Assembly: GCA_903915735.1 (NCBI GenBank)
Contig: CAIWUA010000053.1
Coordinates: forward strand, 1 to 38,624
From: Candidatus Adlerbacteria bacterium
GTDB taxonomy: Bacteria > Patescibacteriota > Minisyncoccia > Phycocordibacterales > SBAW01
Length of the DNA: 38,624 nt
Direction: 5' to 3'
Shown here: one piece after another, positions 8,423 through 18,223 of the stretch
Numbering within the stretch: the first letter of the stretch is position 1
Layout of the letters: each line of letters starts with the position of its first letter
The notes under the pieces: model-generated
The model's database searches: none
The model's input: the letters and a program-made list of their open reading frames with translations, nothing else
What the model was told of the DNA's origin: nothing
Program-made: the position numbers and the translations under genes

Positions 8423-9174
8423 TGAAAGCATTTATCAAACAACTTTTCTTTTTGTTGGCACCCAAGCCGCGGCTGCCCGAGAATAGGGCGGTGATACTTA
8501 TGTACCACTCAGTCAGCGATTGGGATCACTTTGCAACAGTGTCTCCGGCTGATTTTGAAAAGCAGATGGCATATCTGGCGGCCAAAAAAATTCCTGTCGT
8601 ATCTTTGAGCGAACTGGCTCGGCGCCATGCGCGAAGCGAGTCGCTTGGCGGCGCGGCGGTTATTACGTTTGATGACGGCTATCGCGACAACTACACCGCA
8701 GCGTACCCAGTATTGCGCCGGTTTGGATTCCCCGCGACTGTATTTGTAGAGTCGGGTCTTATCGGCAGGGACAACAACGGCATACCGCACATGAACGCTG
8801 ATGAGATGAGGCAGATGTCCGATCTTGTTGAATTAGGAGCACATACCAAGTCACATCCTAAATTAGCCAACCTTTCTCCCGAGGAGGCACATGGTGAGAT
8901 AGAGCACTCAAAACAGGCGGTCGAAGCGGCCCTCGGCAAACCTTGTACCTTGTTTGCCTATCCGTTTGGCAATTACAATCAGGGGACTATCTCTATTGTG
9001 CGCGGGCTGGGCTTCGACGCAGCGGTCACGGTTAAAGAGGGGACGGTCTGCCGCGAAAGTAAAATACTCGAACTCCCGCGTGTCTCTATCGACCGTTCGA
9101 CCACCTTTGCCCAGTTTAAGGGCAAACTCTCGACCACGGTTGATTGGTATGAGCGGCTAAAACTATGGCACTAA
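8422..9174 (+). CDS. Polysaccharide deacetylase (NodB homology domain)
   Basis: 250 aa with TFDDGYRDNY and HTKSHP motifs. TAATG overlap of 1 nt with the upstream stop. Confidence 0.8.
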   Translation: MKAFIKQLFFLLAPKPRLPENRAVILMYHSVSDWDHFATVSPADFEKQMAYLAAKKIPVVSLSELARRHARSESLGGAAVITFDDGYRDNYTAAYPVLRRFGFPATVFVESGLIGRDNNGIPHMNADEMRQMSDLVELGAHTKSHPKLANLSPEEAHGEIEHSKQAVEAALGKPCTLFAYPFGNYNQGTISIVRGLGFDAAVTVKEGTVCRESKILELPRVSIDRSTTFAQFKGKLSTTVDWYERLKLWH

Positions 9175-9794
9175 CTTTTGCCGGTCAAATTTTGCAGGGC
9201 AAAACCTTGGGCCGCGTGCTATTTAACGCGCAGGTGGCACGGTATGCTCCGCAACTTGCGGGTCGCGTGCTTGACTTGGCGGGAGGCGGCAGCTATGAGG
9301 CGTTGTTGCCGACCGGGTTTGAGGTAGTGCGCACCAACGTGGTACCGGACAAAGGAGTGCCCGTCGACTTTAATAAGCCGCTCCCATACGCAGACGACTC
9401 GTTTGATTTCGTATTGCTTTTTAACGCGCTCTATATTGCCGAAGACCCGCCCGCACTCATGCGCGAAATCCGGCGTGTCTTGCGGTCAGGAGGTCACGTG
9501 CTTATCGCCTCGCCCTTTCTTGCCAACGAAATGCGCGAGCCGCACGACTATGTGCGCTTTACCAGTGAGGGGCTTTTGCGCCTGCTGCACGGCGCACGGT
9601 TTACTCGTATTGAGTTGACCCCGTATGGTGAGCGTTTTAGCACCGCGGCTAACCTCTTACACGACGTGTGGCTCTTCCCGCTCTTGCGGTTGCCTATCTA
9701 TGCGTTGGCCTGTGCACTTGATACCATCATCCCGCACAAGGTACATACCCTGCATCCGGCCCCACTCGGCTGGTTTTGCGTGGCAGAAAAATAA
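9165..9794 (+). CDS. Class I SAM-dependent methyltransferase
   Basis: 209 aa. Motif I VLDLAGGG, and a post-I region SFDFVLLFNALYIAEDPPALMREIRRVLRSGGHVLI (Methyltransf_11-like). Confidence 0.7.
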   Translation: MALTFAGQILQGKTLGRVLFNAQVARYAPQLAGRVLDLAGGGSYEALLPTGFEVVRTNVVPDKGVPVDFNKPLPYADDSFDFVLLFNALYIAEDPPALMREIRRVLRSGGHVLIASPFLANEMREPHDYVRFTSEGLLRLLHGARFTRIELTPYGERFSTAANLLHDVWLFPLLRLPIYALACALDTIIPHKVHTLHPAPLGWFCVAEK

Positions 9795-9795
9795 T

Positions 9796-10917
9796 ATGGA
9801 CTCTAAAAAACCTATCCTGATATTTGCCGTCAACGACCTGTTGGTTGGGGGCGTGCAGAGGTTATATATAGACCTTTGTAAGCAAGGGTTCCCCGAGTAC
9901 GAGGTGCACTTGGTGACACTGTTTAAATTTCCTAGCAAACACGAGTGGTTTGATGCGGTGCCAAGCCAGGTGGTCGTGCACCAGTTTAATTTTAAAAATT
10001 TTAGGGACATGAGTGAGTGGGTAAGACTTGCGCGCTTGTTGCGGCGGCTGGGGCCCGCAGTAATTGTGTCGAGTCTCTTTTTTAGTAATACCGTGACCCG
10101 TGTGCTTGGGTTTTGTATGCGTATTCCGGTTATTGCTATCGAGCACAATACCTACACCGGCAAGACGCCAAACCAGCAACGGGTCGATCGACTGTTGGCA
10201 CACGCCACCTACCGCATAGTTGCGGTCTCTAAAACGGTGCTTGAGTTTACCGCACGGCAAGAACGCATACCTAAAGAAAAGTTTGTGCTTATACACAATG
10301 GGGTCGACCTGGCGGCGCTCGACACGGCTGCACGCGCCGCTGATCCGGCGGCTACCCGTGCGGCAATCGGACTTTCGTCGCAACAGCGGTTAGTAGTTGC
10401 GGTGGGGAGACTCACGGAGCAAAAAAATCCCGAAGCGCTTATTAAAGGATTTATAGACTTCCACACCGCCCACCCCGAGTATGTACTTGCGTTGGCGGGC
10501 CAAGGCAAGTTGCAGGAGTCGCTCAAAGAGCTCATTACCACACACGGTGCGGGCGGGTATATCAAGCTGCTCGGTGCGCGCAACGACGTGGCCGCGCTGT
10601 GCCGCGCGAGCGATTTTTTTGTTTCGACCTCGCACATCGAGGGGTTTGGATTGGCGCACGCCGAGGCCTTGCGGTGCGGTATCCCGGTGCTTACCACCAA
10701 GACCGCCGGTCCCGACGAGATGATTATCGAGGGGGAGAACGGGCTCTTTTTGCAGGATGGGACGCCAGAGGCCGTTGCTAGGGGCCTCGAGCGTATGACC
10801 ACCACAACCTTTAGTGCTCCCGAGCATATTGCCGCCTCGGTCGAACGGTTTTCTATCATAAAGGCCGCGGCCGCCTACCGCGCGCTTATTGCACAAACGA
10901 TCAATCGTCATGCCTAA
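9796..10917 (+). CDS. GT4-family glycosyltransferase
   Basis: ATG at 9796 (MDSKKPILIFAVNDLLVGGVQR); the longer ORF from 9625 overlaps the previous gene. STSHIEGFGLAHAEALRCGIPVLTTKTAGPDEMI. Confidence 0.8.
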   Translation: MDSKKPILIFAVNDLLVGGVQRLYIDLCKQGFPEYEVHLVTLFKFPSKHEWFDAVPSQVVVHQFNFKNFRDMSEWVRLARLLRRLGPAVIVSSLFFSNTVTRVLGFCMRIPVIAIEHNTYTGKTPNQQRVDRLLAHATYRIVAVSKTVLEFTARQERIPKEKFVLIHNGVDLAALDTAARAADPAATRAAIGLSSQQRLVVAVGRLTEQKNPEALIKGFIDFHTAHPEYVLALAGQGKLQESLKELITTHGAGGYIKLLGARNDVAALCRASDFFVSTSHIEGFGLAHAEALRCGIPVLTTKTAGPDEMIIEGENGLFLQDGTPEAVARGLERMTTTTFSAPEHIAASVERFSIIKAAAAYRALIAQTINRHA

Positions 10918-12046
10918 AAAACCAACAATAGCGCTCATGAGTTATGCGATGGACGGTCGCCCCGGTATGGGTACAGCGCTGTATACGCGCAAACTTATCG
11001 AGCAACTGCTGCAAGACGATCGTTTTGAGTGGTGCCTAGTGCATTTTGATAAAGTTGATGACCCGCTCTACGCCAACGTGCGCGAAATTATCATGCCGCA
11101 GGTGCGGCTCCCGTTTGCAACCCGTTTTGTCCGGACGCTGCTCTTTTTTTGGCGGTACCACCACGAATCGTTTGATGTTATCCACTGGTTTCAGCCGCGG
11201 CTGTACCCGTTTTTTTGGTTGGCGCCTGCGCGACACATCGTGGTGACCGCCCACGGAGCGGGGGATATTACCGCGCTGGGAGAGTTTCCTTTATCGCGGA
11301 GGATGTTTAACGCGGTGATGAAGTATGGCAACCGTTTTATAGCGGCGGTTATCGCGGTGTCAGAGTTTGGCAAAGAGGAGATAGTCGAGCACTACCACGT
11401 GCCGGCCTCAAAAGTATTTGTAACTTACAACGGCGGGAGCGAAGGCTATACCCCTCTTGCTAAAGATGAGGCGCGGCGTCGCATGAGCGCGCAGTACGGC
11501 ATATCGACGCCCTTTATCCTCGATGTGTCGCGGCTCGAGCCGCACAAAAATGTTGCTATGTTGGTCGAGGCCTACGAGTTGCTGCGGCACCAGCACCCGG
11601 TGTCGCACCAGCTGGTGGTGGCGGGCCGCAAAGGCTATGAGGCCGAGCGCACCCTCGAGCTCGCACAGCGCTCGGCCTACTCGGCTGATATCCGCTTTTT
11701 AAACTACGTTGCCCCCGAGGATTTAAACGCGCTCTATGCGGCGGCCGATCTGTTTGTCTTCCCGTCGCTTAACGAGGGGTTTGGCCTGCCGCTCGTAGAG
11801 GCTTTTGCCTCGGGGACGCCGGTTATCACCTCTACAGTAACTGCCTTGCCCGAGGTGTCCGGTGATGCGGCAGTGCTGGTTGACCCTACCAGCAAAGCGG
11901 CCCTTACCGAGGCCATGTATCGGGTCCTAAGCGACAAGTCCCTGTACGCCCAACTGGTAGAGCGCGGTCTTGCTCGGGCAAAAGAGTTTACCTGGCAAAA
12001 GACCGCGCGCGCGACCGCGGACATCTATCGTATACTGCTCACATGA
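10910..12046 (+). CDS. GT4-family glycosyltransferase
   Basis: ATG at 10910 (MPKKPTIALMSYAM). FPSLNEGFGLPLVEAFASGTPVITSTVTALPEV. Confidence 0.8.
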   Translation: MPKKPTIALMSYAMDGRPGMGTALYTRKLIEQLLQDDRFEWCLVHFDKVDDPLYANVREIIMPQVRLPFATRFVRTLLFFWRYHHESFDVIHWFQPRLYPFFWLAPARHIVVTAHGAGDITALGEFPLSRRMFNAVMKYGNRFIAAVIAVSEFGKEEIVEHYHVPASKVFVTYNGGSEGYTPLAKDEARRRMSAQYGISTPFILDVSRLEPHKNVAMLVEAYELLRHQHPVSHQLVVAGRKGYEAERTLELAQRSAYSADIRFLNYVAPEDLNALYAAADLFVFPSLNEGFGLPLVEAFASGTPVITSTVTALPEVSGDAAVLVDPTSKAALTEAMYRVLSDKSLYAQLVERGLARAKEFTWQKTARATADIYRILLT

Positions 12047-12660
12047 CAAGCTGGAACCCGCATTTTTTTGAGCAGTCGGTCAGGCGTATCTTTACGCCCG
12101 GGCGGAGTATCCTCGACATCGGCGGCGGCCTGCGGGTCGACCCCGCGCGCAACAATCGGTACGATGCCGGCATGGCGTGGCTCGTGCCGCTCCTTAGCCA
12201 AGTCGACTACAAGATAATCGACAAGGTGCCCGACTACAACCCCGACCTGGTGGGTGACATCCACCAGTTGCCGCTTGCCGACGGCTCGTTTGATGCGGTG
12301 GTATGCATATCGGTGCTCGAGCATGTCGAAGACCCTCAGCGCGCAGTGCGCGAGATACATCGCGTGCTCAAACCGGGCGGTCAGGCGCTCTTGTATGCAC
12401 CGTTTTTGTACTACTATCATGCCGAGCACGGCTACTATGCCGACTACTGGCGCTTTACCAAAGATGCGTGGGCGCATCTGTGCCGGGAGTTTTCGTCAAT
12501 CGAGCTCGTGCCTGTGCGCGGTGCGTTTGAAACGTGGATAAAAATAAGCCCGCTCGGCAGGAGCAAGCTCTTGTGCAAGGCCGCACACGAGGTCGATCTT
12601 TTGTTTGGCAAGATGAGCAGCAACCAAGTGAGCGGCTACAATGTCTTTTTAATCAAATGA
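12043..12660 (+). CDS. Class I SAM-dependent methyltransferase
   Basis: 205 aa. ILDIGGGL and SFDAVVCISVLEHVEDPQRAVREIHRVLKPGGQALL. ATGA overlap with the upstream stop. Confidence 0.75.
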   Translation: MTSWNPHFFEQSVRRIFTPGRSILDIGGGLRVDPARNNRYDAGMAWLVPLLSQVDYKIIDKVPDYNPDLVGDIHQLPLADGSFDAVVCISVLEHVEDPQRAVREIHRVLKPGGQALLYAPFLYYYHAEHGYYADYWRFTKDAWAHLCREFSSIELVPVRGAFETWIKISPLGRSKLLCKAAHEVDLLFGKMSSNQVSGYNVFLIK

Positions 12661-13766
12661 AGCTGCTATACCTTACCCACAGCCGCATACCGACCCAAAA
12701 GGCTCACGGGCTGCAGGTCATGGTCATGTGCGAGGCGTTTGCCGCTGCGGGCGCCGAGGTTTCGTTAGTAGTGCCGGACAAGCGCAACTTTACGGGGGAG
12801 GATCCTTTTGCCTACTACGGCGTTACTAAAAACTTTTCTATCACGCGTTTGCCTATCAGCGACTTTGGGAGCCGGTGGCAAATGTTTAATGCGCTCTTTT
12901 TTTGGCTCGATGTGTGGTCGTTTGCTCGCGCGCTGCGCCGCTGTAGCGCCGTGCACCGAAGCGACGTGCTGTATACGCGCGATTACCCGCTGCTCTTTGC
13001 CCTGCCGCGCGCACGAGCGGTTGTACTCGAGCTCCACAGTATCCCTAAACGGGGGTGGCTTTTCAATCGGGCGCTTGCACGGACCACGCACGTGGTTGCT
13101 ATTACGCAAGCGCTCAAAGATGACCTGGTCGCCTTGGGTGTCGACCCAAACAAAATAACCGTCGCGCCCGACGGCGTTAACGTGCGCCTGTTTGAGCACC
13201 AGATTATGCAACAAGAAGCCAGGCAGCGGTTAGGGTTGCCGCACGAAGGTGCGTTGGCTTTGTATGTAGGCGCGCTCGGTGGCTGGAAGGGCACCGAAAC
13301 CTTGGTAGCCGCGGCCGAAGGGCTTGCCGAGCCGCAGGTGGCGCTGGTTGGTGCCGATGCGGCCGAGGTACCCGTGTTGTCAAAAAAATATCCGTACGCG
13401 CACTTTGTTGCGTACCTGCCGTATCGCGAGTTGCCGCGTGTCCTTGCGGCTGCCGATTTGTTAGTGCTCCCCAATACGGCGCGACAAGAGATCTCGGCGC
13501 GGTACACCTCGCCGCTTAAGCTGTTTGCCTATATGGCCTCGGGCAAGCCTATTATCTGTTCAGACGTGCCAAGTATACGCGAGGTGCTCGATGACTCCTC
13601 GGCACTATTTTTTAAAAGCGACGACCCGGCCGATCTCCGCGAAAAGTTGCGTTACGCGCTTGCGCATAAAGACGAGATGGCCGCACGCGCCAAGCGCGCG
13701 CTCGAGCTGGTGCAACACTACACGTGGGACAAACGCGCCGAACAGATACTTACTTTTTTGGGCTAA
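12657..13766 (+). CDS. GT4-family glycosyltransferase
   Basis: ATG at 12657 (MKLLYLTHSRIPTQKAHGLQVM) in an ATGA overlap. The longer ORF from 12534 lies inside the previous gene. Confidence 0.7.
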   Translation: MKLLYLTHSRIPTQKAHGLQVMVMCEAFAAAGAEVSLVVPDKRNFTGEDPFAYYGVTKNFSITRLPISDFGSRWQMFNALFFWLDVWSFARALRRCSAVHRSDVLYTRDYPLLFALPRARAVVLELHSIPKRGWLFNRALARTTHVVAITQALKDDLVALGVDPNKITVAPDGVNVRLFEHQIMQQEARQRLGLPHEGALALYVGALGGWKGTETLVAAAEGLAEPQVALVGADAAEVPVLSKKYPYAHFVAYLPYRELPRVLAAADLLVLPNTARQEISARYTSPLKLFAYMASGKPIICSDVPSIREVLDDSSALFFKSDDPADLREKLRYALAHKDEMAARAKRALELVQHYTWDKRAEQILTFLG

Positions 13767-14853
13767 GCGCGGCGAGGTCATCCAGCAGCAGGCGAGCGCT
13801 GTTGCGGTACTCTAACTCATGCGCACGCACAGGCGCATGGGCCGCGAGCGCGGCACGGGTGGCGGGGTCTGTTAAGGTCTGCATTTTTTTAATCAAGTCG
13901 GCACCATCGCCGTTTTTAAAGGTCATTCCTGCAGATCCCGCCACAAAGGCAGCGCCGGTGCCTTCGGTGGCAAGCACCGGTGCGCCGCAGGCGAGCGCCT
14001 CGGCAATAGTGCGACCAAACGGCTCTACCCATCGGCACGGATGTATAAAAACATCTGCGTGTTGATAAAAAGCCGCTAACGCATCGCCGCTTTGCCATCC
14101 GTAGCAGTGCACCTGCTCGTTTGCGGCGGCGCGCGCGGCCGACTCCATCGGCCCCGTGCCGACGATATGCACTTTCACCTGGCGCGGCAGGAGCGACGCC
14201 GCCTGTAAAAGAAGGTCGGTCCCTTTGTCGGTACTCAGGCGCCCGGCGTATACAAAATGCGTTTCGTCCGGATGTTTTATAAACGGCGCCGGCTGTCGCG
14301 ACAACGCCGCAAAAGCCTTGGTGTCGACAAACTCGGGTATCATCAGTGCCCGCGCGTGGTGGTAGCCGTACGACTCGTACACGGCTTGCGTAACAGGGGA
14401 GTCAAAGTACAACCTGTCGAGGTGCCGCATAAGTGCCGCACCAAAAGTCTTTTCCCACAAGCGGCGGCGGAGCACAAACAGTAGTGCTCGCGGTCGGTGC
14501 AGCCCCATCCCCGGCAGGTAATTGTTGAGATAGGCAACCGCTGCCCCGGTGCCACCGCCGCGTTTGTACAAGCCGCCGGCCCACAAAAGTGCGTGCCCGT
14601 AGAGCAGATGCACGTCTGCCTGCGACTCGCGCATAAGCGCGGCCACCTGCCGTTGTTGCGCAAAAAAGCCGCCGCTGCAAGGGCGCACCAACACCGGGCA
14701 AGGGGCCACGGCGGCGTCGATGCTCGCCTCGAGGGTGATAAGGCGCACAGTGTGGCCGGCCTCGACCAAACTTGCGAGCATGAGCGCAAGCGTTTGGTGC
14801 GAGCCGCCGCCCGAGAGCGGGTTGTAGCGGAGACTATAGAGGTCGATATGCAT
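13750..14853 (-). CDS. GT4-family glycosyltransferase
   Basis: 367 aa. HPCRWVEPFGRTIAEALACGAPVLATEGTGA. Its 3' end overlaps the convergent GT gene by 17 nt. Confidence 0.75.
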   Translation of the reverse strand: MHIDLYSLRYNPLSGGGSHQTLALMLASLVEAGHTVRLITLEASIDAAVAPCPVLVRPCSGGFFAQQRQVAALMRESQADVHLLYGHALLWAGGLYKRGGGTGAAVAYLNNYLPGMGLHRPRALLFVLRRRLWEKTFGAALMRHLDRLYFDSPVTQAVYESYGYHHARALMIPEFVDTKAFAALSRQPAPFIKHPDETHFVYAGRLSTDKGTDLLLQAASLLPRQVKVHIVGTGPMESAARAAANEQVHCYGWQSGDALAAFYQHADVFIHPCRWVEPFGRTIAEALACGAPVLATEGTGAAFVAGSAGMTFKNGDGADLIKKMQTLTDPATRAALAAHAPVRAHELEYRNSARLLLDDLAALSPKK

Positions 14854-14856
14854 GAA

Positions 14857-16350
14857 TTATTGTTTGACCAATCCGGCGGCCGGGCCAAGGAGCGCGCAAA
14901 ACGACTCGAGGTTGTGCACCATCTCTTTTTTGTCGGCACCTACCTCCCACAGGCGATGCAGCGAGACGTTTGCCGAGCGCTCAAGCAGCGCCGCCACATA
15001 CTGCTCGAGCTCGTGCTCGTCAAAATTAAAACGCTCTACTTGTTGTTGCACCAACAAAGGGAGCTCGTCTATACGCTCGCACTTTTTGACCATCGACACG
15101 CGGTTAAAGTAGACATCGCCAAACGTGATGACCGGCTTTTTAAACAGGAGCGCCTCCCAGCCGGCGGTACCGGTGATGGTGCACAGTAGTCTTGACTCCT
15201 TAATAAGCCGGTAGTTGTCGAGGTTGGGGTGCACCAAACGCACATTGGGGATTTTTTTGAGCGTTTGGTAGTACGCGCGCGTTCGGTATCCGACCATGGC
15301 CGGGTGCTCTTTGACATAGAGTTTAAAGTGCAGCGGCAACGAACGGGCTATTTGTTTAATCAGGTTAAGCTGGTCGGTCCAGTAGGGCGCCAACAGCAAG
15401 GTGGCCATCTCGGGGTCGAGGTGGAGCGGGTAGTAGGCATAGGCCTCGCCCTCGACAGGCGTGTCGTACAAGTCGTGGTACCCGCGCATAAGGCGCGCCT
15501 TGCGCTGCACGCGGTCGATAAAAAATCCCCACGGCGCTTCGTCGGTGTAGTCGCGCGCTTTGCCGGCTAGTGCTCGCGACAGTACCACCGCAAACCACGA
15601 TGCCGAGCGCCACAGCGACGATGGCAAAAACCAGCGCAGTGCTCGCGCGCGGCTACCGGAGCGCTTAAACTGCTCCATGACATACAGGTACGGCCGCGGC
15701 GCGTCGCGATATTTTTTTATATACGTACGGGCAGCCTCTTCGTTGCCGGTCGCACCAGTGCGCAGTTGTGCAAAACGTTCGTCGACAAAACTAAAAGTGC
15801 GATAGTCCTCGCTCAGCGCATACCCGCCGTCGATGCGTGTCTCGGCACCTACCAAAACGCGGATACCCTTCTTTTTAGCAATGTGATACAAGAGCATGTT
15901 GCCGAGCGAGGATACGACCGGCAGGTATACAAAGTCGGGGCGCTCGGTATCGAGCATGCTGATAATGGCGCGCGCGGTCACCTGCAACATCCGTGCCATC
16001 TCTTCGTGCGTATAAGGGGCCTCGTCGTGGGGGTACTCGCGCACGGCCTGCCCGTGGCGGATAATGCGGTCGACCGCTAAGTAGGGCCACAAGTAGGGGA
16101 GACCGTAGTCTTTTTCTATCTGTGCTATATACGCCCAGTCAACTTTTTCGGTAAACGAGGCGTTGTGCAGGTCTTCGTCTAACAGCAGGGTGCCGTAGGC
16201 GACCTCTTTTTGCTCGCGCAGGTAGGCAAGGTTGTGCCGCAGGTACACATAGCCGCACGCCTCGGTCACGCCCCACTGCCGCATGAGGGTCTGTACTATT
16301 TGGTGGGCAACCGGGGTAAATCGCCGTTGAAACACAAAGCAAGCTTTCAT
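14857..16350 (-). CDS. Capsule polysaccharide biosynthesis protein, KpsC/KpsS-like (Capsule_synth family)
   Basis: 497 aa, soluble. Motifs YYPLHLDPE, LYVKEHP and TITGTAGWEALLFKKPVITFG match the pattern of KpsS/KpsC-type ulosonic-acid transferases. Confidence 0.6.
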   Translation of the reverse strand: MKACFVFQRRFTPVAHQIVQTLMRQWGVTEACGYVYLRHNLAYLREQKEVAYGTLLLDEDLHNASFTEKVDWAYIAQIEKDYGLPYLWPYLAVDRIIRHGQAVREYPHDEAPYTHEEMARMLQVTARAIISMLDTERPDFVYLPVVSSLGNMLLYHIAKKKGIRVLVGAETRIDGGYALSEDYRTFSFVDERFAQLRTGATGNEEAARTYIKKYRDAPRPYLYVMEQFKRSGSRARALRWFLPSSLWRSASWFAVVLSRALAGKARDYTDEAPWGFFIDRVQRKARLMRGYHDLYDTPVEGEAYAYYPLHLDPEMATLLLAPYWTDQLNLIKQIARSLPLHFKLYVKEHPAMVGYRTRAYYQTLKKIPNVRLVHPNLDNYRLIKESRLLCTITGTAGWEALLFKKPVITFGDVYFNRVSMVKKCERIDELPLLVQQQVERFNFDEHELEQYVAALLERSANVSLHRLWEVGADKKEMVHNLESFCALLGPAAGLVKQ

Positions 16351-16378
16351 AGTTTTATGAGGTGTGAGAAAGATAAGG

Positions 16379-16385
16379 TATTATA
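16379..16385. promoter_or_regulatory. Overlapping -10 boxes of a divergent promoter (TATTAT on +, TATAAT on -)
   Basis: tattata at 16379-16385 in the 70-bp divergent intergenic region 16351-16420. The reverse complement of 16380-16385 is a perfect TATAAT. Confidence 0.35.
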
Positions 16386-16420
16386 CGGCGGATAGTAGCG
16401 TGTGACCTTTAGAACAGTCA

Positions 16421-18223
16421 ATGGACATCCCTCTCTTCTCATCGGCATCAAGAGCGAGCATGCGCCGGACGCATGAGCTCTTTCGGCGCGCCTTTGGGCC
16501 CTATGTCCCGCATACCATTGCTATTGTGCTTTTGGCGGCGTTAGGGAGCGCCATGGAAGGGCTTGGCATCAGCGCTATTGTGCCGGCCTTTTCGTTTGCC
16601 GGAGGACAGGCCGGCACCGCCGCCGATGCCATCTCCCAAATCATACAACACCTCTTCTCGTTTATAGGTTTGCCGTACTCGTTTAGGTTTTTGCTGTTTT
16701 TTATGGGCGTGCTCTTTGTGCTAAGGACGGTGTTGGTGCTGGTCATACAGTATGTCACGGCGCGCATCGTCTATGGCTACGAGCGCGACCTGCGGACGAC
16801 ACTGTTTGGCAACATGGTCCGCGCGGGGTGGCCATTCCTCTCGCAGCAAAAGGTCGGGCAGCTCGATCAGCTGCTTATTACCAACACGACCAACACGTCG
16901 CAGTTTTTTAACTTTATCTCTACGCTGGCACTCATCGGCACCAAAGCCATCGCCTATATCATCATCGCGATAAATCTCGCGCCTACCGTAGCGGTTGCCA
17001 GTTTGCTGGCCGGCCTCGTGGCCTTTGTGGGGCTGCGGCCGCTTTTTAGCGCCGCCAAGGCCGCCTCGGTGCGGGTCGAGCGGCTTAACCGCGGTATGGC
17101 CCACTTTGTCAGCCAGCACGTCGGCGGCATGAAGACCATTAAAGCCGCGGCGGTCGAGGAGCCGGTCGAGCGTACTATTGGCGAGTTTTTTGAGAGTATC
17201 CGCTCGCTGTTTGTGCGCATGATGGTGTTGCGCGGCACCACCGAAACGTTGGTGCGCCTGTTTGGGCTTGGGTTCGTTGGTATTGTGTTTGTGGTTATGT
17301 ACCAGACACCCGGGTTTAACATCGCGGCCTTTGCGGTGATCGTGTATGTAATCAATCAAATCTTTTCGCAGGTGCAGGCGATGCAGGTACAGATGCACGC
17401 GCTCAGCACGATGGTGCCGTACATTGGCAGCGTGTTTGCCCAAGTAGATGACGCGCGCGCCAACCGCGAGGAGACCGGCGGCGGCCCCATGCCAACGCAG
17501 TGGGAGACGCTTGCGTTTGACCACGTATCGTTTACCTATCCGGGGCGCGAGCGCACGCTCGAGGACGCCTCGTTTGAGATTAAGCGCGGCGGTATTGTGG
17601 GCATTATCGGCCCGTCCGGAGCGGGCAAAACCACCCTGGTCGACCTGCTCATGCGCTTGTTTGACCCGCACAAGGGCGAGATTGTGCTCGATGGAGTTGC
17701 GGCGCGCACCGTGTCACGCACCGCGTGGCGCACGCAGGTTGGCTATGTGGCCCAAGACTCGTTTTTGCTTAACGACACCATTGCTCGCAATATTGCCTTT
17801 TATCATGCGTGCTCGCATGAGGAAATAGTTGCCGCCGCCAAAGCCGCCAGCGTGCACGAGTTTATCGAGTCGTTGCCGCAGGGGTACGAGACCGTCATAG
17901 GCGACCGCGGAGTGTTGGTGTCCGGCGGACAGCGCCAACGCATCGCGCTGGCGCGCGCACTGGTACGCATGCCCGAGCTGCTTATCCTCGACGAGGCCAC
18001 GAGCTCGCTCGATAGCGAGACCGAGGCCGCCGTGCACGAGGCGATAGATACCTTGCGCGGCAAGACCACTATCATCATCATTGCACACCGTTTGTCGACC
18101 GTTGCGTCGGCCGACGAGTTGCTGGTGGTCGAAAAGGGTCGCATCACCGAGCGTGGCACGCCCGAGGAGCTGTTAAAAAACAAAGACTCCTATTTTGCTA
18201 AAGCGTATGGCCCCCGTGCATAA
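16421..18223 (+). CDS. Fused TMD-NBD ABC exporter (MsbA/PglK/Wzk type)
   Basis: 600 aa with an N-terminal multi-TM domain. Walker A GPSGAGKTT, signature LSGGQRQRIALARAL, Walker B LLILDEATSSLD. An alternative start at M14 (16460) is possible. Confidence 0.85.
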   Translation: MDIPLFSSASRASMRRTHELFRRAFGPYVPHTIAIVLLAALGSAMEGLGISAIVPAFSFAGGQAGTAADAISQIIQHLFSFIGLPYSFRFLLFFMGVLFVLRTVLVLVIQYVTARIVYGYERDLRTTLFGNMVRAGWPFLSQQKVGQLDQLLITNTTNTSQFFNFISTLALIGTKAIAYIIIAINLAPTVAVASLLAGLVAFVGLRPLFSAAKAASVRVERLNRGMAHFVSQHVGGMKTIKAAAVEEPVERTIGEFFESIRSLFVRMMVLRGTTETLVRLFGLGFVGIVFVVMYQTPGFNIAAFAVIVYVINQIFSQVQAMQVQMHALSTMVPYIGSVFAQVDDARANREETGGGPMPTQWETLAFDHVSFTYPGRERTLEDASFEIKRGGIVGIIGPSGAGKTTLVDLLMRLFDPHKGEIVLDGVAARTVSRTAWRTQVGYVAQDSFLLNDTIARNIAFYHACSHEEIVAAAKAASVHEFIESLPQGYETVIGDRGVLVSGGQRQRIALARALVRMPELLILDEATSSLDSETEAAVHEAIDTLRGKTTIIIIAHRLSTVASADELLVVEKGRITERGTPEELLKNKDSYFAKAYGPRA

